Part shown: in pieces, positions 1-8,264 of the stretch
Position numbering within the stretch: the stretch's first letter is position 1
Layout of the letters: each line of letters begins with the position of its first letter
DNA from: a virus
Reading direction: 5' to 3' (one strand)
DNA length: 64,000 nucleotides
IMG/VR virus record: IMGVR_UViG_3300021371_000004
Location: 1 to 64,000 of that record
Program-made: the position numbers and the translations under genes
Notes under the pieces: model-generated
Database searches by the model: none
What the model was told of the DNA's origin: nothing
What the model saw: only the letters and a program-made list of their open reading frames with translations

Positions 1-64
1 ACCAATGGCCTTCTTCGTCCTTCTGTAAGTCCATTGCCTCTAGAAACTCTTGTTTATCTTTCAT
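1..64 (-). CDS. 5' part of a paralog of the adjacent G-x-V repeat protein (runs off window)
   Basis: Reads MKDKQEFLEAMDLQKDEEGHW, near-identical to the N-terminus of ORF 54-329; GAGGA SD upstream. Confidence 0.75.
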   Translation of the reverse strand, partial: MKDKQEFLEAMDLQKDEEGHW

Positions 65-329
65 CGTTGTCCTCCTCGACATACGCCCCATAATGCCACT
101 CTCGTCCGTTGATTGTGCCCTGGACGCCGCCCTCGATATTGCCCCATACATTGCCCCATACATTGCCCCAGACACTGCCCTTGACACTGCCCAAGACATC
201 GAGCTCGACCTGCCCGACATTGCCATCGACCCGCTGGATATCGCCAAAGACAGTGCCATTCACATACCAGTGACCGTTTTCGTCCTGCTGTAAGTCCATT
301 GCATCAATAAACTCTTGTTTATCTTTCAT
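54..329 (-). CDS. Hypothetical protein with G-[NSD]-V-x tetrapeptide repeats (beta-solenoid-like)
   Basis: Start re-assigned to MKDKQEF (SD GGAGA); GSVKGSVWGNVWGNVWGNI encoded by 12-bp tandem repeats. Confidence 0.75.
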   Translation of the reverse strand: MKDKQEFIDAMDLQQDENGHWYVNGTVFGDIQRVDGNVGQVELDVLGSVKGSVWGNVWGNVWGNIEGGVQGTINGREWHYGAYVEEDNDER

Positions 330-495
330 CGTTGTTCTCCTCTTCCACAGTAACGGGTAGGCGTTTCTGTTTCTGTAGTTCTGCCCAGTACCATGTACCA
401 AAGGCATGGGCGAACTTTCTTGGTTGGTGCTCGGGGTTTATATTCTGCGAGTTGTGCTCGGCAAAATACAGTTCCAGTGCTTCATCCAAGTTCAT
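319..495 (-). CDS. Hypothetical protein
   Basis: MNLDEALE start with AAGGA SD; stop overlaps the next gene. Confidence 0.55.
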   Translation of the reverse strand: MNLDEALELYFAEHNSQNINPEHQPRKFAHAFGTWYWAELQKQKRLPVTVEEENNDER

Positions 496-520
496 CGTTA
501 TTATCCTTCTGCCCTTTCCA

Positions 521-739
521 TCATTGTTGTTCTCCTTGATAATATAATCGTACAAAATACTTTCTTGCTATTGCTAACACAGTGAACACCGCTGTCATCA
601 TACAGGATAACAGAAAGGCATCCATCTCCAGATACAGACCAATGCTGAGAAGAACCCAGTTCACAAAAACGTTAACAGGCAGTCCGATAGCAGTATCAAC
701 CACGGACTCGCGAAGTGCATGTTGCTTGTTAGTCATCAC
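521..739 (-). CDS. Small membrane protein, 2 TM
   Basis: Two hydrophobic segments; ATGA overlap with upstream gene. Confidence 0.65.
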   Translation of the reverse strand: MMTNKQHALRESVVDTAIGLPVNVFVNWVLLSIGLYLEMDAFLLSCMMTAVFTVLAIARKYFVRLYYQGEQQ

Positions 740-975
740 ATTTCGCCCAATTTTGCCTGTAACAGTGACAGCGTCACCTGCTCGATAATGTCCTTCCGTG
801 TTTGGATTTTATCCAAGACGGATATGTCGATGTTGATATCATATTTGTCCTCGAACATGTCGAGTATCGTGAGACGAGACAGACTATCTGTTTCCTCGAA
901 TGTGTCAAACCCTTCTTCCTTCAAAGCGTCATCAAGGGCACCGCCGATCTTCTCTTCAAACGTTGACGTTATCAT
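736..975 (-). CDS. Acyl carrier protein-like
   Basis: 79 aa, acidic; TDSLSRLTILDMFEDKYDINID..LDKIQTRKDII matches the ACP pattern DSL..E..F.I.I....EKI.T..D.I. Confidence 0.65.
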   Translation of the reverse strand: MITSTFEEKIGGALDDALKEEGFDTFEETDSLSRLTILDMFEDKYDINIDISVLDKIQTRKDIIEQVTLSLLQAKLGEM

Positions 976-1337
976 TTTACATACTCCTCCGCCAGACCTT
1001 TTTCCAGCATTTCTTCGTTGATGTTTACTTCGTTGATGTGCAGTGTTCCGATGCACCTGCCAAACTTGCCTCGAGGATTGTACTGTGTTGTGCGTAGGAT
1101 GATTGGTATGCCGTCGAACTTGGCATCCCAACACCGTTGCTCCAACCAAAGCGTGGATATTTTTCCTTTCTCTTTCTCGAACAAGTCCCTTGTGCGTACC
1201 TCGGGTGCATCGATACCTGCCAGACGCACCCGCTCCTTGACGAAAACCTCAAACCCAAGATCAATGGTAACGTCAACCGTGTCGCCGTCAACAACCCTAT
1301 CAAGTACCACTTTGTATTCGTACATCTTCATTCCCAT
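972..1337 (-). CDS. Thermonuclease (SNase-like) family nuclease
   Basis: RVVDGDT, RVRLAGIDAPE, GKFGR, NEEMLEKGLA motifs. Confidence 0.9.
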   Translation of the reverse strand: MGMKMYEYKVVLDRVVDGDTVDVTIDLGFEVFVKERVRLAGIDAPEVRTRDLFEKEKGKISTLWLEQRCWDAKFDGIPIILRTTQYNPRGKFGRCIGTLHINEVNINEEMLEKGLAEEYVK

Positions 1338-1339
1338 AT

Positions 1340-1414
1340 TGGTGCCGCCACAAGGAATCGAACCCTGTTCTGAGGATTACAAGTCCCCTGCATCGCCATT
1401 TATGCTTTGGCGGC
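1340..1414 (-). tRNA. trnT: tRNA-Thr(UGU)
   Basis: Acceptor GCCGCCA/TGGCGGC, anticodon arm GGGGA-CTTGTAA-TCCTC, TTCGATT T-loop, encoded CCA. Confidence 0.9.
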
Positions 1415-1430
1415 AAATTTTGTCGTTGTT

Positions 1431-1504
1431 TGGTCAGAGCGGGAGGAATCGAACCTCCGACAAATGCTCCCAAAGCACTTATGTTACCTCTACACTACGC
1501 TCTG
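1431..1504 (-). tRNA. trnP: tRNA-Pro(UGG)
   Basis: Acceptor CAGAGCG/CGCTCTG, anticodon arm AGTGC-TTTGGGA-GCATT, TTCGATT T-loop, encoded CCA. Confidence 0.9.
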
Positions 1505-1524
1505 AATTCTCTACAACGACCTCT

Positions 1525-1553
1525 ATTATCCTTCATCCGGATTGAAAAGGCAA
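1525..1553 (-). promoter_or_regulatory. sigma70-type promoter (class B) upstream of tRNAs
   Basis: TTGCCT-17 bp-GATAAT(AG). Confidence 0.7.
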
Positions 1554-2027
1554 CTATCGCCTCGTCAACCACTTTGATAGGTGTGCCTTGCGCTCCTGTT
1601 CCATTTCGTGCTCTGCCTCCATCATGCACATCTCCTTCTCCAGTTGATCGGCGTCGATCTGCGTCTCAATTTTGCGGATGGGTTTTGGTGCTACCTTCGG
1701 AATCTTTTTCTGGGCAGCAGCATTCAGTTGCCTCCAGTACTTGGATATCCGTGGTGTGCCCTTGGCGTTCTTCTTCAACCAGCGTTCCACCTGCCAGTCC
1801 AGCAGGGTTCCGTGCTTGAGAAAATACTTGGCGGTGATGCAACCTGAGTGACCATCCGCGCCAGTGAAACCGATACCGTTGTCCTCACGGACATCTGAGG
1901 CACGCTTCTCCTCCTCGGTCTGGTTGTTGAATATGACAACCAACGCTCGACCGATGAACCGAGCATTCTGTGCATCGGTGTGTGTACCAATGTACTCGGA
2001 TATGAATTCTTTTGTTACTACTGACAT
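1554..2027 (-). CDS. Hypothetical phage protein
   Basis: 157-aa ORF in a co-oriented series. Confidence 0.75.
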   Translation of the reverse strand: MSVVTKEFISEYIGTHTDAQNARFIGRALVVIFNNQTEEEKRASDVREDNGIGFTGADGHSGCITAKYFLKHGTLLDWQVERWLKKNAKGTPRISKYWRQLNAAAQKKIPKVAPKPIRKIETQIDADQLEKEMCMMEAEHEMEQERKAHLSKWLTRR

Positions 2028-2036
2028 GACATGCCC

Positions 2037-2261
2037 TTATTGGTTATCCAGTAATCGAAATTTCCGTGTCTTTGACGTTGGGAGAGAAAAAATCTCGACA
2101 ATTCCCAACTCAGCGAAATCAAACAACTCATCTTTAATTTGCTGGAGATTCTCGCTGGTGGTTTCTATGTTTGCCTCTTCAGCAATTTCCCGTGTAGTTC
2201 GAAACCATCCCAAATTCTTCAGTGCCTGTAGGATACCGAACGCTGTTACTTGATTTTTCAT
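2037..2261 (-). CDS. Hypothetical protein, possible winged-HTH
   Basis: MKNQVT start with GAGGAG SD directly behind a class A promoter; TTREIAEEANI helix pattern. Confidence 0.6.
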   Translation of the reverse strand: MKNQVTAFGILQALKNLGWFRTTREIAEEANIETTSENLQQIKDELFDFAELGIVEIFSLPTSKTRKFRLLDNQ

Positions 2262-2286
2262 ATGCTTCTCCTCAATCAGAACACCT

Positions 2287-2347
2287 ATTATGGAGCAATT
2301 GAGGTACAAGAACAAGTTGTGAAAAACTGAATAGAATCAACAACTTA
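2287..2347 (-). promoter_or_regulatory. Class A promoter with upstream IHF-consensus site
   Basis: TTGTTC-17-CATAAT; AATCAACAACTTA (WATCAANNNNTTR) at 2335-2347, 19 bp from the -35. Confidence 0.75.
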
Positions 2348-2698
2348 GGGGGATCGGCGGTCTTCTTCCACATTTAGGGACTGGTATACATCACTGTATA
2401 TGTCCTCAACGTATGACAGCGCACGCAGGTAATCGTCACGGTGTGCCGCCTCACAGTGGTTTGGTTGACCAAGCACGTGGAAGAAAGCATCGATGACATG
2501 GTGTATGAAACCAAACCAGCGACTGTCACGATTACGCCATGACCGCGCTGACAAGGACTCACAGGGATTCTTTGACAGAAAGAAGATGGTGTTGATTGCC
2601 TGAGTCAGCGTTGCACCGACTCGGCGAAAATAACCTGGAGAATAATTATGTTTTCTCTTGGGAGTGAGTTCTTCAGGCCAGAAGTCTTCCTGATGCAT
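2345..2698 (-). CDS. Hypothetical protein
   Basis: 117-aa ORF; ESLSARSWR..IDAFF...NHCE pattern seen in phage hypotheticals. Confidence 0.7.
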   Translation of the reverse strand: MHQEDFWPEELTPKRKHNYSPGYFRRVGATLTQAINTIFFLSKNPCESLSARSWRNRDSRWFGFIHHVIDAFFHVLGQPNHCEAAHRDDYLRALSYVEDIYSDVYQSLNVEEDRRSP

Positions 2699-2700
2699 GA

Positions 2701-3300
2701 CTAATCCGATTTAACACGTGTGGGATTATCTATAATGATGCCGTTGATTGGAACAGTTCGGATGTGAGCATCGTGACATATTACCATCAAACGGTTCAAC
2801 TTCTTTGGTAGACCTTCGACCTCGACTTCGACAAAGTGGTTCACTTCCTGCTCGCTGTCTGTCCAAAGAATTTTCTTTGCGGAGAACAATGCTGTTATGA
2901 ACTCTTCGTCTAGTTCCCATATAACACTAAATTCTTTCAGTGGTCCAGCATCCGTCTGGGATGGACGCTGAGCAGAGAATAGAAATTTCTTATCATCGAT
3001 CAAGAACCCACCACGGAAAGAAGTATCTACAAGAGATGCCTGACGCGGGTCGACAAACTTGCCAACGTGCAACCTCAGATCTGTACAGTCTTTGCTGTTT
3101 ATATAAGTGAATGAGATCGATGTCCTCGTTTCCAGATCAACGTACCTGATTCTGGGTGCACCATTACTCATCACAAAACCTTGCCATTTGTTCATCTTTG
3201 GTCTGGGTTGTGATTGTACGTCAAAGACCAAACCCATACCAATCATGAAAATGACTGCAACCCAAAGTAGTTTGCTCATCCACTGGCGTTCTTTCTTCAT
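2701..3300 (-). CDS. Hypothetical exported or membrane-anchored protein
   Basis: N-terminal hydrophobic signal/TM segment LLWVAVIFMIGMGLVF. Confidence 0.7.
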   Translation of the reverse strand: MKKERQWMSKLLWVAVIFMIGMGLVFDVQSQPRPKMNKWQGFVMSNGAPRIRYVDLETRTSISFTYINSKDCTDLRLHVGKFVDPRQASLVDTSFRGGFLIDDKKFLFSAQRPSQTDAGPLKEFSVIWELDEEFITALFSAKKILWTDSEQEVNHFVEVEVEGLPKKLNRLMVICHDAHIRTVPINGIIIDNPTRVKSD

Positions 3301-3566
3301 GAGTTATTTCCCATTATCTTATCAAGGTGTTTCTCAAATGCCACGATCTTTGGTAGACGGTTCTCCCAGTAGATATAATCCTTCTCGTGGTCGCGCTTCA
3401 GGTTATTCAGCAGTGGTTGTATTGCCTCGCGCATGGTAGTAAGTTGGGCACGAACAGCGTCTATCTCCGCTGTTACGTTGTCAACTTCCTTCTTCTGCTC
3501 TTGGATGAGATCGAGTTCATCCAGCGTTACTGCAGTAAAACCAAAATCTTCAAAGTCGTCACTCAT
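3297..3566 (-). CDS. Hypothetical coiled-coil protein typical of T4-like phages
   Basis: DFGFTAV..., PLLNNLK..EKDYIYW.NR motif. Confidence 0.75.
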   Translation of the reverse strand: MSDDFEDFGFTAVTLDELDLIQEQKKEVDNVTAEIDAVRAQLTTMREAIQPLLNNLKRDHEKDYIYWENRLPKIVAFEKHLDKIMGNNS

Positions 3567-3735
3567 CTGAATCTCCCACAGATTCTTCCTCTATAGGTTT
3601 AAACATATCGACGCAGGTGAACGGTTTATCCTCGGGTACATATGCATTTTTAGAACCTGACTTGAAAATCCTGTCCCAATTTGCATCTATCTTTGCTCGA
3701 TCTTCTGGTCTGCGCTTGTCGCCTTTACCATTCAT
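3559..3735 (-). CDS. Hypothetical protein
   Basis: MNGKGDKRRP..NWDRIF; translationally coupled on both sides. Confidence 0.6.
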   Translation of the reverse strand: MNGKGDKRRPEDRAKIDANWDRIFKSGSKNAYVPEDKPFTCVDMFKPIEEESVGDSDE

Positions 3736-3866
3736 TCGTATGGACTCCACTCTCTGTTGCACTTACTGCAACGCCATCTGTTTGGATCGTTGTTCACCAT
3801 ATACCAATCAGTATCCTGTGCACGATGAAACAACTCACACCGAAGTTTTCTGAACCAAGCAATCAT
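3732..3866 (-). CDS. 44-aa putative Zn-ribbon protein (not in ORF track)
   Basis: MIAWFRKLRCELFH...RWRCSKCNREWSPYE; ATGA overlaps at both ends. Confidence 0.6.
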   Translation of the reverse strand: MIAWFRKLRCELFHRAQDTDWYMVNNDPNRWRCSKCNREWSPYE

Positions 3867-4132
3867 AGGATGATTCCGGTCGTCGCAGAAGTCCAACCCT
3901 TCACGAGGTCATCATGCGTCAACAATACTGTCAGCACAACGCTCTTGTTGAACGTAATCTCTGATGGATCTTTCTGACCAGTCATACAAACACCTGGGGC
4001 GAAACCAGCACCCTGATCCTGCTGTACGAACAGACGAGGGTCTGTCAATGTCACAGAGGTTTCGGTTTCTTCTTTTAGGCGACCAACTACTTCACCCAAC
4101 ATACTAACGACTGTTACAACTTCACCTTTCAT
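3863..4132 (-). CDS. Hypothetical small beta-barrel (Sm-like) protein
   Basis: GEVVTV..GEVVGRL...VTLTDPR; ends ATTGIIL. Confidence 0.7.
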   Translation of the reverse strand: MKGEVVTVVSMLGEVVGRLKEETETSVTLTDPRLFVQQDQGAGFAPGVCMTGQKDPSEITFNKSVVLTVLLTHDDLVKGWTSATTGIIL

Positions 4133-4369
4133 TTACTTCTCCTGCTTATCATTCCAACGCTGGATTGCGTCAGTAATTTCTTCTTCGGTATATGTGCCTT
4201 CATCGGCAAGTATATATAGAAGTTCACTTGCGCTAAGTGCACTCTGCTGCTGTCGAAGGATTGACAAAGTGGTACGCTTTATCACCGATCTTGACAGATG
4301 CAACTGACCTATTTTATATGCTGCATACAGAAGGGATGTTGCGAGCAAAGTGTGTGCTATACCTGACAT
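4133..4369 (-). CDS. Hypothetical protein
   Basis: 78-aa ORF, GGAG SD, directly behind the promoter at 4392-4420. Confidence 0.65.
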   Translation of the reverse strand: MSGIAHTLLATSLLYAAYKIGQLHLSRSVIKRTTLSILRQQQSALSASELLYILADEGTYTEEEITDAIQRWNDKQEK

Positions 4370-4391
4370 AAGTTTCTCCTTGATTTATTCT

Positions 4392-4420
4392 ATTCTATTC
4401 CAATGGGAATGGAAAGGCAA
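4392..4420 (-). promoter_or_regulatory. Class B sigma70-type promoter
   Basis: TTGCCT-17-TAGAAT(AG). Confidence 0.7.
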
Positions 4421-5815
4421 CTACATCTTAAACCCTTCGGTGGCAATCTTCTTACCAGCATCCGTTAGGTCAAACACTGGACCATTGTCCTTTTCGGTCT
4501 TACTATCATCCACCAGAGTCTGTTCCTCGGGGTCAACGTCGGACAGTTTCTGTTTGGAATAGTCCACGCCGATAACAAACCGCTTGTTGTTTGTATCGCA
4601 ATAACGATTTTTGAGAACCTTCACCATTATCTGGTTCAGTTCCCTCAACTCATCGTTGCTTATGAGAGCAAACATGAAGTCGGCAGTTGCTGGCAAACCA
4701 AATGATTCGCTGGTGTCTTCAAGACCAACGTCAGAGTTACCAAACCCGCTTCGCGTTGTCTGGGTTGCTGTCATGATAGGCAGGTTAAACTCCACCGCCA
4801 GACCACGCAGTTCCTCTGCTATGCTCTTGATGTATGTGTATGAGTTGATAGAACCACCCTGCTTCATCCTACTGCTGGCACAGATGTTCAGGTAGTCAAT
4901 GTAGACGATGTCAGGAACAAACTTCTTCTTGAGTTTCAACTCATTCAGCAGAGCACGGAAGTGTCCGGCATGTGCCTGTGAGGTTGGGTACTCTTTGATA
5001 ATTAGTCTGCCTTGAGTCTTTGCTGCGATCTTCGCAACCTTGTTGACATACGCCTCCTTGCTGAAGTCTACCAACTTATCGAGAGGCGTGTCAAGCAGGT
5101 TGGAGTCAATGCGCTCCGCGATTCTCTCCTCTGCCATTTCCATAGTGATATACAAAACGTTCTTGCCATCCGATAGGTTAGCAGCAGCATTGTGGCACAT
5201 GAACAAACTCTTACCAACGCCTGTTCCTGCAAGTGCAACGTTCAAGGTCTTGTTGGGTAGACCTAACTTTGTTATTGCGTTGAAATACTCCAGGTCAAAC
5301 GGGATACGTTCTTCCACTTTGTTGTAGAAGTCATGACGTTCGCTGGCACTGTTCAAGTAATCATGACCAACGTTGGTGTCAAACGTAACAGCAAGTGCCT
5401 TTGATAATATCTCTGGCAATGCATTCTTGGTCATCGTCTGGTGCTTACCATCGATGATGGAGATTGACTCCATAACAGCGTTAAATAGTGCGCGGTCTTG
5501 ACACCACTTCTCCGTGTTGTCCAACAACCAATCAGAGTCTGTTTCCTTGTCCTCTGTGAACAACTCAGGGAGTATATCCATTGCGTGTTCAAAGATCTGT
5601 TCACTCGCGGGATTCTCCGATTCCCTCAGGGAGATACGAAAGGCATCCTGTGATGGTATGTTGTTATACTTGGCGACATACTGCACATATTCCTTGAATA
5701 GAAAATTGTGAGTGCCTTCAAAGTAAGCAGCATCCATGAACGGAACCACCTTGCGCATGAAAGCATCGTTCGTGAAGAAGTGCTTCAAGATCATACTGGG
5801 CATATCAGAGTTCAA
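4421..5815 (-). CDS. gp41: Replicative DnaB-like helicase
   Basis: Walker A AGTGVGKS, YITMEMAEERI, IDYLNI, ATQTTRSG, SESFGLPATAD; probable TTG start with GGAG SD. Confidence 0.95.
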   Translation of the reverse strand: MNSDMPSMILKHFFTNDAFMRKVVPFMDAAYFEGTHNFLFKEYVQYVAKYNNIPSQDAFRISLRESENPASEQIFEHAMDILPELFTEDKETDSDWLLDNTEKWCQDRALFNAVMESISIIDGKHQTMTKNALPEILSKALAVTFDTNVGHDYLNSASERHDFYNKVEERIPFDLEYFNAITKLGLPNKTLNVALAGTGVGKSLFMCHNAAANLSDGKNVLYITMEMAEERIAERIDSNLLDTPLDKLVDFSKEAYVNKVAKIAAKTQGRLIIKEYPTSQAHAGHFRALLNELKLKKKFVPDIVYIDYLNICASSRMKQGGSINSYTYIKSIAEELRGLAVEFNLPIMTATQTTRSGFGNSDVGLEDTSESFGLPATADFMFALISNDELRELNQIMVKVLKNRYCDTNNKRFVIGVDYSKQKLSDVDPEEQTLVDDSKTEKDNGPVFDLTDAGKKIATEGFKM

Positions 5816-6197
5816 TTTTTTCTCCTGTTTCCAAGTCAAGGTAAACATTGCCTTGATGTTCATGCAACTCTGTAACTATTTGGACGAGTATCGTGCCAAA
5901 GTAGTTTGCTATCTCGGTGTCGACGACCTGATACCCTTCAGGAAGATCGGGCATGAAAAGAGTCTCATAACCAAACTCCAACCCATCTTTGTCCAATTCA
6001 ACGTTGTTGTACTTGATGACCCAGTCTTCATATTCGCCCTTGAGGATATGTACTGCCCATGCTTCGGGGTCAGATGGGTTTGTTGGGTCTTCAGTCACAA
6101 CATAGTCTACGTTTTCTTCAAGGGAGACTTCTGGTGCATCACCCTTTCGCAGGTGGACAGGAGGAATTTCAACCGTAACTTCTGATTCTTCGTTCAC
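5805..6197 (-). CDS. Probable head vertex assembly chaperone (gp40-like)
   Basis: Lies between uvsX and gp41 as in T4; acidic 130-aa protein. Confidence 0.5.
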   Translation of the reverse strand: MNEESEVTVEIPPVHLRKGDAPEVSLEENVDYVVTEDPTNPSDPEAWAVHILKGEYEDWVIKYNNVELDKDGLEFGYETLFMPDLPEGYQVVDTEIANYFGTILVQIVTELHEHQGNVYLDLETGEKIEL

Positions 6198-6394
6198 TGA
6201 TAATATCCTCCGAGGTATTGTTCCCCTGATTTCCCCTCAACAACGGCATCGCCCTTGCTGACAAAGTTGACATATCCCGCTGGTTCACGGGACTTGTACT
6301 CGGTTTCTTCGATCGCAAGAAGTGGCACCACCTTTCCTACCATATGATAGTACCACTTCAGCGGGTCTTTGCAACTAACAATTTTCAGATACAT
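6194..6394 (-). CDS. Hypothetical protein
   Basis: 66-aa ORF coupled to uvsX stop. Confidence 0.6.
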   Translation of the reverse strand: MYLKIVSCKDPLKWYYHMVGKVVPLLAIEETEYKSREPAGYVNFVSKGDAVVEGKSGEQYLGGYYQ

Positions 6395-7437
6395 TACTCA
6401 ATACCCAGATCAAGGTCGCCAATCTCACCACCGATCTGGTATGAATCAATCACAAACTGTTTGAAGTCGGTCTCCTCGAAAATGGGATCCCAGAACTCAG
6501 CAGTCATGGTATCCTTCTCACGGAGTTTGCCGTTGAGCAACTCGCCAGTCTCCTTATTGACTCGCTGGTACCATCCGTTGTTTGGTTTGATAACGTAACC
6601 ACCCGCCAGACCAATTTCCAGCAAACCAGAATACTTCTCGATACCACCTTCCCATGAAACAGAAACGGGAACCTTTGACTTCTCTCGAACATAACGAGAC
6701 TTTTCAACGTTGATGATAAAGTCATACCCAGTGATTTCGGTACCAGTCTTGTTCTGACGTCGACCGATAATCCAGACGTTGTCTGCTGAGTACATAATGC
6801 CAGTACCACCGGAGACGATGTCCTTCGGAAACAGACCGATCTCCTTGTAGGTGTGGTTGATGGCAAGCATCGGGATATCCTTCATCGTAAGGTATGGCGT
6901 GCACATACGAAACAAACCCTTGAGTGCTTTGGCGCGAGTCATGTCTGCTACTGACTTCTCGTTCATAGCATCTTCCAGTTCCTTCTTGGATGCCATGTTA
7001 CCGATGGAGTCAATCACAACACAAACCTTGTCTTTCTCGTCCAACTCTTCCAATTGGTGCACGAGGTCAAACTTCAATTCCTCAACGTTGGTGATAGGTG
7101 TATGCAGTACACGGTCGGTGTCAATACCAAACGTCTCAAAGTATGCTTGCGGTGAACCAAACTCACTGTCATAGAACAACACGACTGCGTCCTCGTGAGT
7201 GCGCTGGTACGCTGCTGCCATGAGCAGGGCGAAAGATGTCTTGAAGTGCTTGCTTGGACCAGCAAGTACTGTCAGACCACTCGTCAGACCACCATCAACA
7301 TCGCCACTCAGGGCAACGTTGACCATGGGCACACCAGTGTCAACCACGGTCTTGGTTCCAAAGAACTTTGAGTCCTTCAACGGTGCCGACAGTTTGATCT
7401 TGCTGTTCTTCTTCAATTTGTCCATTATGCTTGACAT
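6394..7437 (-). CDS. uvsX: RecA-like recombinase
   Basis: AGPSKHFKT, FYDSEFG, IDSIGN, INHTY, SGGTG motifs. Confidence 0.96.
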   Translation of the reverse strand: MSSIMDKLKKNSKIKLSAPLKDSKFFGTKTVVDTGVPMVNVALSGDVDGGLTSGLTVLAGPSKHFKTSFALLMAAAYQRTHEDAVVLFYDSEFGSPQAYFETFGIDTDRVLHTPITNVEELKFDLVHQLEELDEKDKVCVVIDSIGNMASKKELEDAMNEKSVADMTRAKALKGLFRMCTPYLTMKDIPMLAINHTYKEIGLFPKDIVSGGTGIMYSADNVWIIGRRQNKTGTEITGYDFIINVEKSRYVREKSKVPVSVSWEGGIEKYSGLLEIGLAGGYVIKPNNGWYQRVNKETGELLNGKLREKDTMTAEFWDPIFEETDFKQFVIDSYQIGGEIGDLDLGIE

Positions 7438-7438
7438 A

Positions 7439-8224
7439 TTATGCTTCCTCTTGGTTTTCGGTGTATTCTATAAGTGGTGTTAAACTGGTTTGTATCTCGG
7501 GGATATTTCCTACGCTTGGAAAATAACCAATCCGAGGGTCTGATATGATCGCTCTTTCAGCGTTCATGTAAGAGCACTGACCCGCAGAATGCAGTTGATA
7601 TAATTCTTTACGGAGTTCATTCATAGATTGTGTTCTGGATTGTATAAGTTTCCTTTTAGAAATTGTTACGATTGCTGCTTCTATAGGGGAACAGGGGTGG
7701 TATGAACTTATGTTTATATTCGTGCAGTGTTGCAGGAAGTCGAGGTATTGCTCTACATTTCCGATAGAACCTAAAACAAGGTGGGGTGGGTTACGAAATT
7801 CTTCTTCGCTTTCCGCTGAAATGATAGGAGAAAATATGACCCGATGCAACTGTCTACGCGCATACAGTTCTTCACAAAGACCGTTAATCTTCTCTGGAGG
7901 GATAAATGACCTGACAACAACTGCGGAATCAGAATTGTCGAGGTAATGCTTTATCAACTTGACCGACTCTTTCTCGTCATCGAGGCAGATAAATGTGATG
8001 AGGGGATTCTTCTCGGCAATCTCATCGAGAGTCATTGTTTGAAACAGACTACCCGCTGCCAGTGTGCTCTGATTCAGCAGGACGTTCACATGTTGACCGA
8101 AACACCAAAGTAGGTTCTTCAGGTTATATTCTTCTCCGATAAGGGCGACGGTTGGATTGGAGGTCACCGCGTTTTCGGCGAATAGTGACAGTGGTTGTTC
8201 TTCTTGCATATTGTTGTTCCTCAA
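7439..8224 (-). CDS. Degenerate UDP-glucose/NDP-sugar dehydrogenase-like protein
   Basis: Collinear remnants TFICL, VVVRSFIPP, FSP...EEFRNP..LVLG, PIEAA, DPRIG; no GxGxxG and no GGxC; exact start uncertain. Confidence 0.5.
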   Translation of the reverse strand: MRNNNMQEEQPLSLFAENAVTSNPTVALIGEEYNLKNLLWCFGQHVNVLLNQSTLAAGSLFQTMTLDEIAEKNPLITFICLDDEKESVKLIKHYLDNSDSAVVVRSFIPPEKINGLCEELYARRQLHRVIFSPIISAESEEEFRNPPHLVLGSIGNVEQYLDFLQHCTNINISSYHPCSPIEAAIVTISKRKLIQSRTQSMNELRKELYQLHSAGQCSYMNAERAIISDPRIGYFPSVGNIPEIQTSLTPLIEYTENQEEA

Positions 8225-8235
8225 GTTAGAGATCT

Positions 8236-8264
8236 ATTGTAGTTGAACGGGATTGAGATGTCAA
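8236..8264 (-). promoter_or_regulatory. Class B sigma70-type promoter
   Basis: TTGACA-17-TACAAT(AG). Confidence 0.8.

Noticed and set aside
1340-1504. tRNAs as a prophage attachment site
   Set aside because: Flanked on both sides by phage genes and driven by a phage promoter; no integrase in the window.
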